Of a stretch of 32,000 nucleotides of DNA, positions 18,425 through 27,696 are shown in pieces. Positions within the stretch are counted from its first letter, which is position 1; every line of letters begins with the position of its first letter. The position numbers were made by a program, and so were the translations under genes. The notes beneath the pieces are model-generated. The model was not told the DNA's origin, did not search any database, and saw only the letters and a program-made list of their open reading frames with translations. The stretch comes from Candidatus Pacearchaeota archaeon (GTDB taxonomy: Archaea > Nanobdellota > Nanobdellia > Pacearchaeales > UBA284). The stretch lies in assembly GCA_026016245.1 (NCBI GenBank), contig CP061211.1, positions 150,001 to 182,000 of the forward strand. The letters are read 5' to 3'.

Positions 18425-19942
18425 TTAACCAACAACCATAGGCATGACTCTTTCTGCAACTTTTTGGGCATAATGTAATTTTGCTAATGTTTCTGCGTAT
18501 ATCGTAAATAATGTTTCTTTCTTTTTTACTTTATCTCCTATGTGTTTATTAAGGTAAATGCCGGCACTTTTATCTGCTGGAGATCCTGCTAGTCTTGCTA
18601 TTCTTGCCATTTTCTTGTTACTTATTTCTTTTAATATCCCTGATTGTTTTGCTTTCATGTCTTGTTTGAATTTTCCTAATCTTAATTTATTTTCTATATT
18701 TCTCAGGCTTCCTCTCTGCGCTTCTATAATCTGCTCAAATTTTTTGTATGCCTCTCCTGAAATAAGAATCCCTTTAGTAACTATATATGCTTGTTTTTCT
18801 GACATTCCTGTTACAAAAGAAAGAAGTTTTGTGGATAAGTAGAGAGCTCTGTTTTCTAGATCTATTGGCCTGTCTTTATCTTGTTTTAAGATAGCAAGAA
18901 CATCTTTCATTTCTAAAATTGTTCCTATACCATTTCCTACTGGCTGGGTTCCATCTGTTAATGCAACTATAATGTTAAGATTTAGTTTTTTTGCTATTTT
19001 CTCAAATTTGTGTTTAAGTTTTTCTGCTTCACTTCTGTTTGACATTTTTGCCCCTTTTCCATAAGAGATATCAATAAGAACATGGCTTGCGTTAACAGAG
19101 AGTTTTTTTGATAAGATTGATGCTAAAAGTTGAGCTTCTGGGTCTAGGCTAAGAATTCTTTCTATCTGAATAATCTTATCATCTGCAGGAGCTAATCCTA
19201 GAGAACCCCCCCAGACTAAGCAGGCATTAGTTTTTTTAACTATGTCTTTTATTTCATTAATGGAAAAATCTATTTTGGCTAAAGTTTCAATAACATCTGC
19301 TGTTCCTGCTGCACTTGTTATTGCTCTGCTAGATGTTTTTGGCATAACTGCTTTCAGCTTTAGTTGATCAATTGCTGAGGCTATTATACTTACTACCAAT
19401 GGAGTTGTTCTATTCCCTTCTACTCCCCCAATACTATGTTTGTCTATTGTAATTGGTTTGTCAAATTTAAGCTGATAACCTGTCTTAACCATGGCTTTTG
19501 TCATGCTAGCTATTTCATCAAAATTCATTCCTTGCAAATAAACAGAAGAGACAAAGAAAGCTACCTCAGCTTCTGTTAGTTCATTATTAACTATGTCTGA
19601 TATGATGGAGTAAATTTCTGTGAATGTTAGAGTTTGGCCATCTAATTTTTTGTGTATAAAACTAACACTTAACGGCTTAAGAGCTGGGCTGATTTCTATT
19701 ATTTCCTTGGATCTAAGCTTTAGATTTTTAAAAATTTCCTGAGATAGAGCAATTTCATCTTTGTTTAAAATGGTTTTGCCGCCTGTAAGGTCTACAGGAG
19801 CAACTATTTCTTTTTTCTTTCCATATCTCTTTATCTTTATTCTCTCACCTACATGTAGATTAAGATAACGTGCAATTTCTTCATGCAGAATAGCTATAGG
19901 TCTTCCAGCAAGTAGATGTAAAGCTTTGACTTTTAGTAACAT
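18425..19942 (-). CDS. deoA: AMP phosphorylase (archaeal thymidine phosphorylase-like family)
   Basis: KHSIGGVEGNRTTPL, SSRAITSAAGTADVIE, GGSLGLAPADDKII, N-terminal archaeal-specific domain; 505 aa. Confidence 0.9.
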   Translation of the reverse strand: MLLKVKALHLLAGRPIAILHEEIARYLNLHVGERIKIKRYGKKKEIVAPVDLTGGKTILNKDEIALSQEIFKNLKLRSKEIIEISPALKPLSVSFIHKKLDGQTLTFTEIYSIISDIVNNELTEAEVAFFVSSVYLQGMNFDEIASMTKAMVKTGYQLKFDKPITIDKHSIGGVEGNRTTPLVVSIIASAIDQLKLKAVMPKTSSRAITSAAGTADVIETLAKIDFSINEIKDIVKKTNACLVWGGSLGLAPADDKIIQIERILSLDPEAQLLASILSKKLSVNASHVLIDISYGKGAKMSNRSEAEKLKHKFEKIAKKLNLNIIVALTDGTQPVGNGIGTILEMKDVLAILKQDKDRPIDLENRALYLSTKLLSFVTGMSEKQAYIVTKGILISGEAYKKFEQIIEAQRGSLRNIENKLRLGKFKQDMKAKQSGILKEISNKKMARIARLAGSPADKSAGIYLNKHIGDKVKKKETLFTIYAETLAKLHYAQKVAERVMPMVVG

Positions 19943-19960
19943 TTTACCTCTTTTTAATTT

Positions 19961-21055
19961 TTAGATTGCTAATTTTATCTTTCCTGTTCTATAAAGTTCC
20001 ATAAATATTAGTAAGTATTCAAGAATAATTGGACCGACTATAAGGCCTATTGGACCTATCATCACTAAACCTCCTAACATACCTATTAATACTATTAAAG
20101 GATTTATTCTTGCTCTCTTGCCTACAATAAATGGTTTGACAATATCATCAATAGTGCTTACAATGACAAAACCAAAAACCATCATTAATATACCACTAGT
20201 AACATCCCCCGCAGCAATCATAATCAATCCAAGAGGGAACCAGACAAGCCAAGAACCTACAAAAGGCAGGATTGATAATAAGGTAGCAAGAATTGTGAAG
20301 AATAAAGGAGATGGTGCCCCAAAGATATAGAAACCAATACCAGCAGTAATACCTTGGATTATTCCAATAATAATCTGTCCATAAATAGTTGCATGAGCTA
20401 CATCTTGGGATCTCTTTATTAACTTTTCATTTACTTCAGAACTAAAAGGAAGAATTTCTCTAACATATTTCAATATGCTTTTGCCCTCTTTCAAGAAATA
20501 AAACATGACAAAAAAAGTTATGAAAAGTTGGATGAAAAATTGAGGGGCATTTGTCATAAACTGGCCTACTTGATTTATGAAGCTGTTTGTTAGAGAGACT
20601 AGACCTTGTTGTAATGTAAGTGTAATTTGTCTGGCTAATTCAGGAGAATCAGGGAAAATTGTCAAGATAGCTTTGTTAACAAGATCAAAGATATCAAGTT
20701 TCTGGATTGACATATACAAATTAAAGGCTTCTCTGACTGTAATCTGGGCTATGAAATAAACACCGAGAGCAAGAACAGCTATTACAAGGAGACAGATTAT
20801 TAAAGAGCTTATTGTAGACTTCTTTATCAGTTTATTGAGAAGTTTGTAGGGTTTGAAAAATATGAAAGCAAGTACAATACCAAAAAGTAGAGCTGCTATA
20901 TATGGTTTAATTATCAAAAAAGACAATACTGCAAGAACTGCTGTGATAACTATTGCTATGACTCTTCTTGATGCATGCCTATTCCCCATCATTGTCTCTT
21001 TTCTAGGTTTCATTTTCTTTACTTTTACTGCTCTCTTTTTACCTCTTTTTACCAT
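19961..21055 (-). CDS. AI-2E/PerM family permease
   Basis: multi-TM protein with PFVGSWLVWFPLGLIMI and DDIVKPFIVGKRARINPLIVLIGMLGG signature region. Confidence 0.87.
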   Translation of the reverse strand: MVKRGKKRAVKVKKMKPRKETMMGNRHASRRVIAIVITAVLAVLSFLIIKPYIAALLFGIVLAFIFFKPYKLLNKLIKKSTISSLIICLLVIAVLALGVYFIAQITVREAFNLYMSIQKLDIFDLVNKAILTIFPDSPELARQITLTLQQGLVSLTNSFINQVGQFMTNAPQFFIQLFITFFVMFYFLKEGKSILKYVREILPFSSEVNEKLIKRSQDVAHATIYGQIIIGIIQGITAGIGFYIFGAPSPLFFTILATLLSILPFVGSWLVWFPLGLIMIAAGDVTSGILMMVFGFVIVSTIDDIVKPFIVGKRARINPLIVLIGMLGGLVMIGPIGLIVGPIILEYLLIFMELYRTGKIKLAI

Positions 21056-21116
21056 TAAAATATTAATGCCAAAGAGTTTTATAAACTTTTTTAAAGTAAA
21101 GAGCCTTGAGAGAAAA

Positions 21117-22004
21117 ATGAGGAAACCAATAGTAGCTGGACAATTCTATTCAGCAGATAAAACAAATCTGGACAAAGAAATAGAATCTTCTTTTAGGCAT
21201 AGGCTAGGACCAGGGATGCCAAAAGTTCCACTTAAAGAAAAGAGGATTTTTGGAATTATAGTGCCACATGCTGGCTATGTTTATAGTGGATCTTGCGCTT
21301 CTCATGCTTACAAAGAACTTGCAGAGTTAAACAAGAAGAGCTTTCCAGACACTTTCATTCTTCTCGGACCTAATCATAGTGGTTATGGAAAGGCTTTCTT
21401 TTCTCTAACATTTGAAGATTTTGAAACCCCTTTAGGGATTATAAAAAATCATACTGAACTTGGAACTAAAATAATGGAACAGACTTCTCATTTAGGATTG
21501 CAAGAAGACAAGCAAGCACATAATTATGAACATAGTTTAGAAGTACAGTTACCTTTTCTGCAGTTTGTATCAAAGATAGCTAAAAAAGAAATAAAAATTA
21601 TTCCAATAATAATTTCCACGCAAGAATACAGTAAGCTTGTGGCTGTAGGAAGGAAAATTGGTGAAATTTGTAAGGAAAAAAATGTTTGTGTTATTGCAAG
21701 CAGTGATTTTACACATTATGGCCAGAATTATGGATTTATTCCTTTTCCAGCAAGTGAGGCAAAAACAAGGCTGAAGGATTTAGATAGAAAGTCAATTAAT
21801 CATATTTTAAAATTAGAGAGCAAGGCTTTTTATGAAGAAGCGACAAAGACAACAATTTGTGGAACAGGTGCTATTGTTGTTGCAATAGAAGCATGTAAAA
21901 AGATGGGGTCAAAAAAAGCTTCTCTGCTTAAGTATTACACAAGCGGGGATATAGCAAAGAATTATAGTAATGCTGTTGGTTATGCTAGTTTTATTTTTGA
22001 TTAG
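21117..22004 (+). CDS. MEMO1 family protein (AmmeMemoRadiSam system protein B)
   Basis: MRKPIVAGQFYSAD, PHAGYVYSG, GPNHSGYG, EHSLEVQLPFLQ, ASSDFTHYG; track ORF from 20853 trimmed to the conserved start. Confidence 0.92.
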   Translation: MRKPIVAGQFYSADKTNLDKEIESSFRHRLGPGMPKVPLKEKRIFGIIVPHAGYVYSGSCASHAYKELAELNKKSFPDTFILLGPNHSGYGKAFFSLTFEDFETPLGIIKNHTELGTKIMEQTSHLGLQEDKQAHNYEHSLEVQLPFLQFVSKIAKKEIKIIPIIISTQEYSKLVAVGRKIGEICKEKNVCVIASSDFTHYGQNYGFIPFPASEAKTRLKDLDRKSINHILKLESKAFYEEATKTTICGTGAIVVAIEACKKMGSKKASLLKYYTSGDIAKNYSNAVGYASFIFD

Positions 22005-22632
22005 ATTGTGCAAAAATTTTTTTGCTAGAATAGAGTCTGGATCCTGGTAAATTTAAATAATAAAAATAACCTTCTTTTTTGATTTCTTCTACAAAATCTT
22101 TAGGATAGTTATTCAGATTGCGTGTAAAATTTCTGCCATTGAGGACTTTCTTTTCTAATTTGTCTGGAATTTTTTTTATCAGTCTTTTTATATTCTTAAA
22201 AACAAGATCAATTAAAAGAAGTTTATTCAAATCTAAGTCTATCTTATTTAAGGGTATTTTATAATAAGGAATATATCTAGGGCCATGTTGGATTTTTTTA
22301 TCCATAAATTCATGAAGTTCCCATTTCAAAGAATCTGATATCTTTCTGCTATTAAAATTATCCTTCAGCTCCTGTTCTCTGCCATAAAAGAAAAAGCCAT
22401 TATCATTATTGTTAACTTTTCTTATGTATAATTTCTTTTTCCTTAATTCTATAATATACTCATTACAAATTCCACATAATGTATGCATTGGCAATACCTG
22501 GTTTTGAAGAGGTATCAGTGTTTTGTTTACTCTTATTGTTGCTAAGATGCCATTCCCATTCTCTAGACCTTTAAGATCAAACAAAACTTTACCTAATCTA
22601 TAGATACCATAATATGATTGAAAAGCTGGCAT
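21991..22632 (-). CDS. hypothetical protein
   Basis: 213 aa ORF with one CxxC (CGIC); tail-to-tail overlap with the MEMO gene. Confidence 0.6.
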   Translation of the reverse strand: MPAFQSYYGIYRLGKVLFDLKGLENGNGILATIRVNKTLIPLQNQVLPMHTLCGICNEYIIELRKKKLYIRKVNNNDNGFFFYGREQELKDNFNSRKISDSLKWELHEFMDKKIQHGPRYIPYYKIPLNKIDLDLNKLLLIDLVFKNIKRLIKKIPDKLEKKVLNGRNFTRNLNNYPKDFVEEIKKEGYFYYLNLPGSRLYSSKKIFAQSNQK

Positions 22633-22676
22633 TTTCTATTCCCCTTATAATCCTTATATTTAAAAACTTTCTAGTA

Positions 22677-22718
22677 TTTCTATCTTTATTGTCACTGCCT
22701 TGTGGTTACAGATAGAAA
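22677..22718. repeat. inverted repeat in a divergent intergenic region
   Basis: tttctatct (22677-22685) and agatagaaa (22710-22718), 9 bp perfect arms, 24 nt spacer, just upstream of a TATA box. Confidence 0.5.
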
Positions 22719-22749
22719 GCTTTATAAATATTGAATCCTTATAAATCTC

Positions 22750-23097
22750 ATGCCAATAGATGTATATATTCCAACAATAGAAGAAGAGCTAACAGAGATT
22801 GAAAAATCTCTAAAAACTGGAGAAATCTTTAATCTATCAGAAAGTGCCATTGAATTATACTATAATCTTGAGGATGACACAAGTAGAGCAAAAGACATTT
22901 CTACGCATTTGTTAGAATCAGGATATACTTTTGTAGGAATTCAGAGAGCAAAAAACGACGAAGTAGCTAAAAAAGTCAAGCAATATAAAGAAAAGGGAAG
23001 GAAGATAGAGGGGGTATCCATCGCTTCAATGAAAATAGATGGGTTTTCTAAGATTACTACACCATTAGAAGACGTGATGGCTTATTTTGTAAACTAA
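22750..23097 (+). CDS. hypothetical protein
   Basis: 115 aa ORF; TATA-like tttataaata at 22721-22730. Confidence 0.6.
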   Translation: MPIDVYIPTIEEELTEIEKSLKTGEIFNLSESAIELYYNLEDDTSRAKDISTHLLESGYTFVGIQRAKNDEVAKKVKQYKEKGRKIEGVSIASMKIDGFSKITTPLEDVMAYFVN

Positions 23098-23111
23098 AAA
23101 GGAGATTAAAA

Positions 23112-23441
23112 ATGGATAATGAAAAATTAGCAGATATTATATGGAAAGGTTTTACTCGAATTGTTCTTCCTGCAGCTTTGCTTGCAATTGTTGGTAAAGG
23201 AATCTATGATATTGGAGATTATAAAAAATCATTAAATAATCCTGATTCAATAGCTACTTATGTTATAAAACCTGGCGATGGTTTAGATATAATTGGACTA
23301 AAAGAAGGTTTTTGTCCATCTTGGATGAGAATCGATGACTGGAGATGCCAAGTTGCAAAAATGAATGATAGAAAACATAATCCTGATAGCCTTGTTCCAG
23401 GAGAAACACTTACACTCCCATTTTATGAAGAAAGGAGATAA
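23112..23441 (+). CDS. membrane-anchored LysM-like protein
   Basis: N-terminal TM segment, then TYVIKPGDGLDIIG...KMNDRKHNPDSLVPGETLTLPF; SD aaggag upstream. Confidence 0.6.
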   Translation: MDNEKLADIIWKGFTRIVLPAALLAIVGKGIYDIGDYKKSLNNPDSIATYVIKPGDGLDIIGLKEGFCPSWMRIDDWRCQVAKMNDRKHNPDSLVPGETLTLPFYEERR

Positions 23442-23499
23442 TGTTTAAAAGTTTCTTTTTCTTTGATGTTCTAAGATTAGAGAAAGATATAAAATTTGT

Positions 23500-23838
23500 T
23501 TATTTTTCTGAAAAATGTAATCCCAATTCTTTTGCGCATTTATTAGCTTCTTCTTTACTGACTGCATAAATTATGACTTGTTTTTTAGCAATGCTATCTT
23601 CATAGATGACTACTCCATTTCTTAATACATGAACATATTGTCCTGCTATAGAATACTGCCCTGTTGAAAAGTGGTCTAGTCTTCCTATAAGTGGTTTTTC
23701 TTCTATTTTATCTAAAGTAGAAATATATTTTTTATGAGATATTTTCAAAAATTTCTTATTTTGCTCTTTATCTGGGTTATGATATTCATCTAGATGGATC
23801 TGGTAATTCACTATAAAACCATCTAAGCTTTTTCCCAT
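23500..23838 (-). CDS. hypothetical protein
   Basis: 112 aa ORF. Confidence 0.5.
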   Translation of the reverse strand: MGKSLDGFIVNYQIHLDEYHNPDKEQNKKFLKISHKKYISTLDKIEEKPLIGRLDHFSTGQYSIAGQYVHVLRNGVVIYEDSIAKKQVIIYAVSKEEANKCAKELGLHFSEK

Positions 23839-23902
23839 TTTTTATTTAAAGTCTTAATAAACTCTTAAGATTTATAAATATAATTTATCTGGAATATATA
23901 TT

Positions 23903-25645
23903 ATGAAAATAAGACAACCAATCGTAACTGTAGCAGGTCATGTTGATCATGGCAAGACTACGATACTTGATTCTATTAGAGGTACATGTATTGCTGCTAA
24001 AGAGGCAGGCAAGATAACTCAGAAAATCTCTTTTACACATGTTCCATCTGAGATTATAAAAGAAAATTGTAAGACTCTTCTTGAAAAATACAAAATTGAG
24101 CTTGAAATACCTGGATTTTTGTTTATTGATACACCTGGACATGCAGCCTTTACTAACCTAAGAAAGAGAGGAGGGGCTTTGGCTGATCTTGCTATTCTTG
24201 TTATTGATATTAATGAGGGAATAATGGAACAGACAAGAGAGAGTATTGATGTATTGAAAGCTAGTAAAGTGCCTTTTATTGTTGCCTTAAACAAGATTGA
24301 TGCTATAACAGGCTGGACAAAAAGATCTGATGACTTGAAAGAAAGTATAGAAAGCCAGGCTGGTTTTACAAAGAAAGATTTTGAAAAAAAGCTTTATAGG
24401 ATAATCAGTGCTTTTGCTGGCATTGGTTTTGATACTGATATTTTTTATAGAGTAGGAAATTTTACAAAACAAATAACCTTAATTCCTTGTTCTGGAAAAA
24501 CTTGTGAAGGGATTCCAGAGCTTGTTGTCATGTTGGCTGGCTTGGCTCAAAGATTCCTTAAAGGCAAACTTGCTCTTGGTAAGGAAGGTAAAGGAACTAT
24601 ACTTGAAGTTAAGAAAGAGAAAGGAATTATTAATATTGAGGCTATTCTTTATGATGGAATTCTTTCAAAAAAAGACACTCTTGTTATCGCAACCATGGGT
24701 AAGGCAATTGATACAAGAATCAGGGCTTTATTCAAGGCCTTATCCCTTGGAAAAGGGTTTGAGCCTGCTAAAGAGATTAGTGCAAGTGCTGGAATAAGAC
24801 TGCATTTGCCAACAACAGAAGAAATTATTCCAGGAATGCCATTTCTAGTCACAGCAGAAACTAGAGAAGAAAAAATTAATGAATTAAAAAAATCTCTGCA
24901 GAAAGAGGTTGAACAAGTTTTACAGCTAGATAAAGAAGGGATTATTGTTAAGGCTGAATCTCTTGGAAGTTTAGAAGCTTTATTATTCTTACTGAGAAAA
25001 GAAGGTATTCGTGTGAAAAAGGCAGAGATTGGCAATATAAAGAGACAGGATATAGCCTTGGCAATAACAAATCTAGAGACAAGCCCTCTTGAAGCTGTGA
25101 TAGTTGGTTTTAATGTTATTCTTGAGCCTGATACAGAGATTGATGAAAGAATTAAGGTTATAGAATCTGATGTAATATACAAAATTACTGAAGATCTAGC
25201 TAAATGGAGAAAGGAAAAGGAGATTGAAATAGAGAGGGAGAAACTAGCTAAATTGACAATGCCTGGCAAGATTAAGGTTATGAGAAATGTCTGTTTTAGG
25301 CAGAGTAAGCCAGCAATATTTGGTGTTAGAGTAGAGGCTGGAACATTAAAAGCTGGGACAAGGTTAATGAATGAAGAAGGCAAAAAAGTTGACAAAATAA
25401 AGAACATGCAATCTGAAGGCAAGAGTGTAGAGAAAGCTGAAAAAAGTAAAGAGTTAGCAATCTCTCTGCCTAAAATTACATTTGGCAGGCAAGTCAAAGA
25501 AGATCAAATACTATACACAGAAATCCACGAAGAAGATTTTAGAAAGTTAAAGAAGAACAAAAAATATCTAAGCCAGGATGAAATAAAAATTTTACAGGAA
25601 ATAGCAAATATAAAGAGAAAAGAAAAAGCTACTTGGGGGATATGA
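23903..25645 (+). CDS. infB: translation initiation factor aIF5B/IF-2
   Basis: VAGHVDHGKTTILDSIRG, IDTPGHAAFTNLRKRGG, NKID; TATA-like tttataaata at 23871-23880. Confidence 0.95.
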   Translation: MKIRQPIVTVAGHVDHGKTTILDSIRGTCIAAKEAGKITQKISFTHVPSEIIKENCKTLLEKYKIELEIPGFLFIDTPGHAAFTNLRKRGGALADLAILVIDINEGIMEQTRESIDVLKASKVPFIVALNKIDAITGWTKRSDDLKESIESQAGFTKKDFEKKLYRIISAFAGIGFDTDIFYRVGNFTKQITLIPCSGKTCEGIPELVVMLAGLAQRFLKGKLALGKEGKGTILEVKKEKGIINIEAILYDGILSKKDTLVIATMGKAIDTRIRALFKALSLGKGFEPAKEISASAGIRLHLPTTEEIIPGMPFLVTAETREEKINELKKSLQKEVEQVLQLDKEGIIVKAESLGSLEALLFLLRKEGIRVKKAEIGNIKRQDIALAITNLETSPLEAVIVGFNVILEPDTEIDERIKVIESDVIYKITEDLAKWRKEKEIEIEREKLAKLTMPGKIKVMRNVCFRQSKPAIFGVRVEAGTLKAGTRLMNEEGKKVDKIKNMQSEGKSVEKAEKSKELAISLPKITFGRQVKEDQILYTEIHEEDFRKLKKNKKYLSQDEIKILQEIANIKRKEKATWGI

Positions 25646-25660
25646 TAATTAATGATATTT

Positions 25661-25948
25661 TTAGATTTTTGTTATTAATTTTTTAATTGGTCTATTACTC
25701 TTATTTATAATTTTAAGAAGTAATGAATGTTTTTCTATGTCCTCTCTAATTTCAGGTTTAATATAAAATCTTTCATCTTTTCCATGTACAAAATCATTAA
25801 TCCAGTTAAGCCCCATAACAAAATTCCAATATTTATCTAGATTTGCTCTATAAGTCTGTCTATTTATTTCGAATATTTCTTCTTTAGTTAATCCTTCATT
25901 TGTTGCAATAATAGTAATAATAGAATTTTGTGCATATACAAGTCCCAT
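25661..25948 (-). CDS. hypothetical protein
   Basis: 95 aa ORF immediately downstream of the primase gene. Confidence 0.55.
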   Translation of the reverse strand: MGLVYAQNSIITIIATNEGLTKEEIFEINRQTYRANLDKYWNFVMGLNWINDFVHGKDERFYIKPEIREDIEKHSLLLKIINKSNRPIKKLITKI

Positions 25949-25949
25949 T

Positions 25950-27599
25950 TTAATCTTCCCATCTCCATTTTTGTAATAATTTTAATAGTTTTTCTGAGTC
26001 TCCTTCCCTGTCTGCAATTATTATTTCTTCTTCTAATTTTTTTCTTGCCCTAATTTTTTGGACCTCTTCGACTCTATTAAGAGCTATAGAAACCGATTCA
26101 GGATTATATTGCTGCATACTTAAATAAACCATTGTTTTTTCATCATCTTTTTCTAATCTATTCAATTTTCCTTCTATAAATGCTTGGTATATCCTTTTGT
26201 GTTGTGGATAAGTGAAGAAAGAGACAGGGATTGTTTCAGTTGTTTCTTTTTTTGTTTTTCCTATGTTGTCTGCTTTTTTTTGGATTATTGCTCCAAGAAG
26301 AACTCTCTCTTCAGAAAAACTCTCAGGTAATTCAATATATTCTTCTCTTGGTTTTTCATGTTCTAGCGCCTCAAGTACATCCCCTTCCCTAAAATTTGCT
26401 TTTTTACATAAAACTCTTATCTCTTCAGCTTTTTCTATATAATTTTTTGATACATTGATTAAAGGAAGAATTATGTTAGCAATTTCAATTCTTCCATCTC
26501 TTGTCTCTTTGTTGTGTTTGGAGAGAGCAAGATCCAAAGAGAAATCAAAAAAATCTTTTGCATTTTTTATAGAGTCTAAAAGTAATTCAAGCCCTCCTTT
26601 TCTTATTGTCTCATCAGGATCATTGTATGACCCAGGCAATACAGCCACCTTTACTACCAAGCCATGCTTTTTGAGAGCAGAATAGGAAGTTTTTATAGCT
26701 TTTATTCCTGCTTCATCAGCATCTGTAGCAATAATAACTTTGTTTGCATATTTACTGATGGTCTGGACTTGTTGTTTTGTGAAAGAGGCACTGCATAAAG
26801 AGATAAAATTATCAATTCCTGATTGATGAGCAGAAATAGCATCAGTATATCCTTCCCCAACCACCACATCTCCTGTTTTTCTGATATTTTTCCCTGCAAA
26901 ATTTAATGCATATAAAAAATTTCTTTTCTCAAAGATTTCTGTGTTTCTGGAATTTACATATTTGGCTTCATCATCATCTTTTAAGCTTCTTCCTGTGAAT
27001 CCTGCTATCCTACCATAATGATCAAACAAAGGAAAAATTATCCTGTCACTAAAAAAAGGATAGGATTTTCCACCTTCTTCTTTAGAGAGTAATGAAGTTC
27101 GATATAAAGTATCATCTGTAAATCCTTCTTTTCTTAGCTGTGAGATTACTTTCTCTCCATCTTTTGGTGCGTATCCCATTAGAAATCTTTTAATTGTATC
27201 TTCACTAAATTTTCTTTTATCTTTTAAGTAATCTTTAGCAATTTTTCCTTGTTCTAAATAATAAGAAAAAAGTCTAGAGGCATATTTGTTAGCTTCATAA
27301 AGAATTTTTAGAGATTTCCATGGTTTAATTCCTTCAACATCAAACCCCTTAGTATATAATATCCTTAGAGCAGTTCTATTTCCTACTCCTTCCATAATTT
27401 TAACAAAACCTATGGCATCTCCACCCAGCCCGCATCCAAAACAATAAAAAGTTCCTTTATCTGGCCATACTTTAAATGAAGGTGATTTATCTTCATGGGC
27501 AGGAAAAGGACATAAAGCCCTTAAACGGCCTCCACCATCATCTCGTAAACTTATATCATAACTTTCTAGAACTTGGACTATATCTGGTTTTTTTGGCAT
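25950..27599 (-). CDS. dnaG: bacterial-type DnaG primase (CHC2 zinc finger + TOPRIM)
   Basis: CPFPAHEDKSPSFKVWPDKGTFYCFGCGLGGDAIGF; YAPKDG, FSDRIIFPLFDHYGRIAGFTGR; TOPRIM GEGYTDAIS...IIATDADEAG. Confidence 0.9.
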   Translation of the reverse strand: MPKKPDIVQVLESYDISLRDDGGGRLRALCPFPAHEDKSPSFKVWPDKGTFYCFGCGLGGDAIGFVKIMEGVGNRTALRILYTKGFDVEGIKPWKSLKILYEANKYASRLFSYYLEQGKIAKDYLKDKRKFSEDTIKRFLMGYAPKDGEKVISQLRKEGFTDDTLYRTSLLSKEEGGKSYPFFSDRIIFPLFDHYGRIAGFTGRSLKDDDEAKYVNSRNTEIFEKRNFLYALNFAGKNIRKTGDVVVGEGYTDAISAHQSGIDNFISLCSASFTKQQVQTISKYANKVIIATDADEAGIKAIKTSYSALKKHGLVVKVAVLPGSYNDPDETIRKGGLELLLDSIKNAKDFFDFSLDLALSKHNKETRDGRIEIANIILPLINVSKNYIEKAEEIRVLCKKANFREGDVLEALEHEKPREEYIELPESFSEERVLLGAIIQKKADNIGKTKKETTETIPVSFFTYPQHKRIYQAFIEGKLNRLEKDDEKTMVYLSMQQYNPESVSIALNRVEEVQKIRARKKLEEEIIIADREGDSEKLLKLLQKWRWED

Positions 27600-27696
27600 G
27601 AGATTAAATAATTGTATATAAGTATTTAAAAATTTCGTAAGTTTAAAATAGATAATTTTATAAAATATTATTAATTGATATAATTGGCTGAGGAAA

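Noticed and set aside
20853-21116. 88-residue N-terminal extension of the MEMO family ORF in the track
   Set aside because: It is antisense to the AI-2E permease gene and is highly basic/low complexity; the conserved start MRKPIVAGQFY is at 21117, after a TATA-like element.
22686-22709. The spacer of the inverted repeat as a possible box C/D or H/ACA RNA
   Set aside because: No RUGAUGA/CUGA or ACA boxes in the expected arrangement.
24649-25497. 282 aa minus-strand ORF
   Set aside because: Lies entirely antisense to infB (aIF5B), whose GTPase motifs and full-length frame are clear; no independent motif.
26702-26899. 65 aa minus-strand ORF as possible frameshift evidence in dnaG
   Set aside because: The main dnaG frame is continuous across this region including the TOPRIM motif, so this is an alternative-frame artefact.
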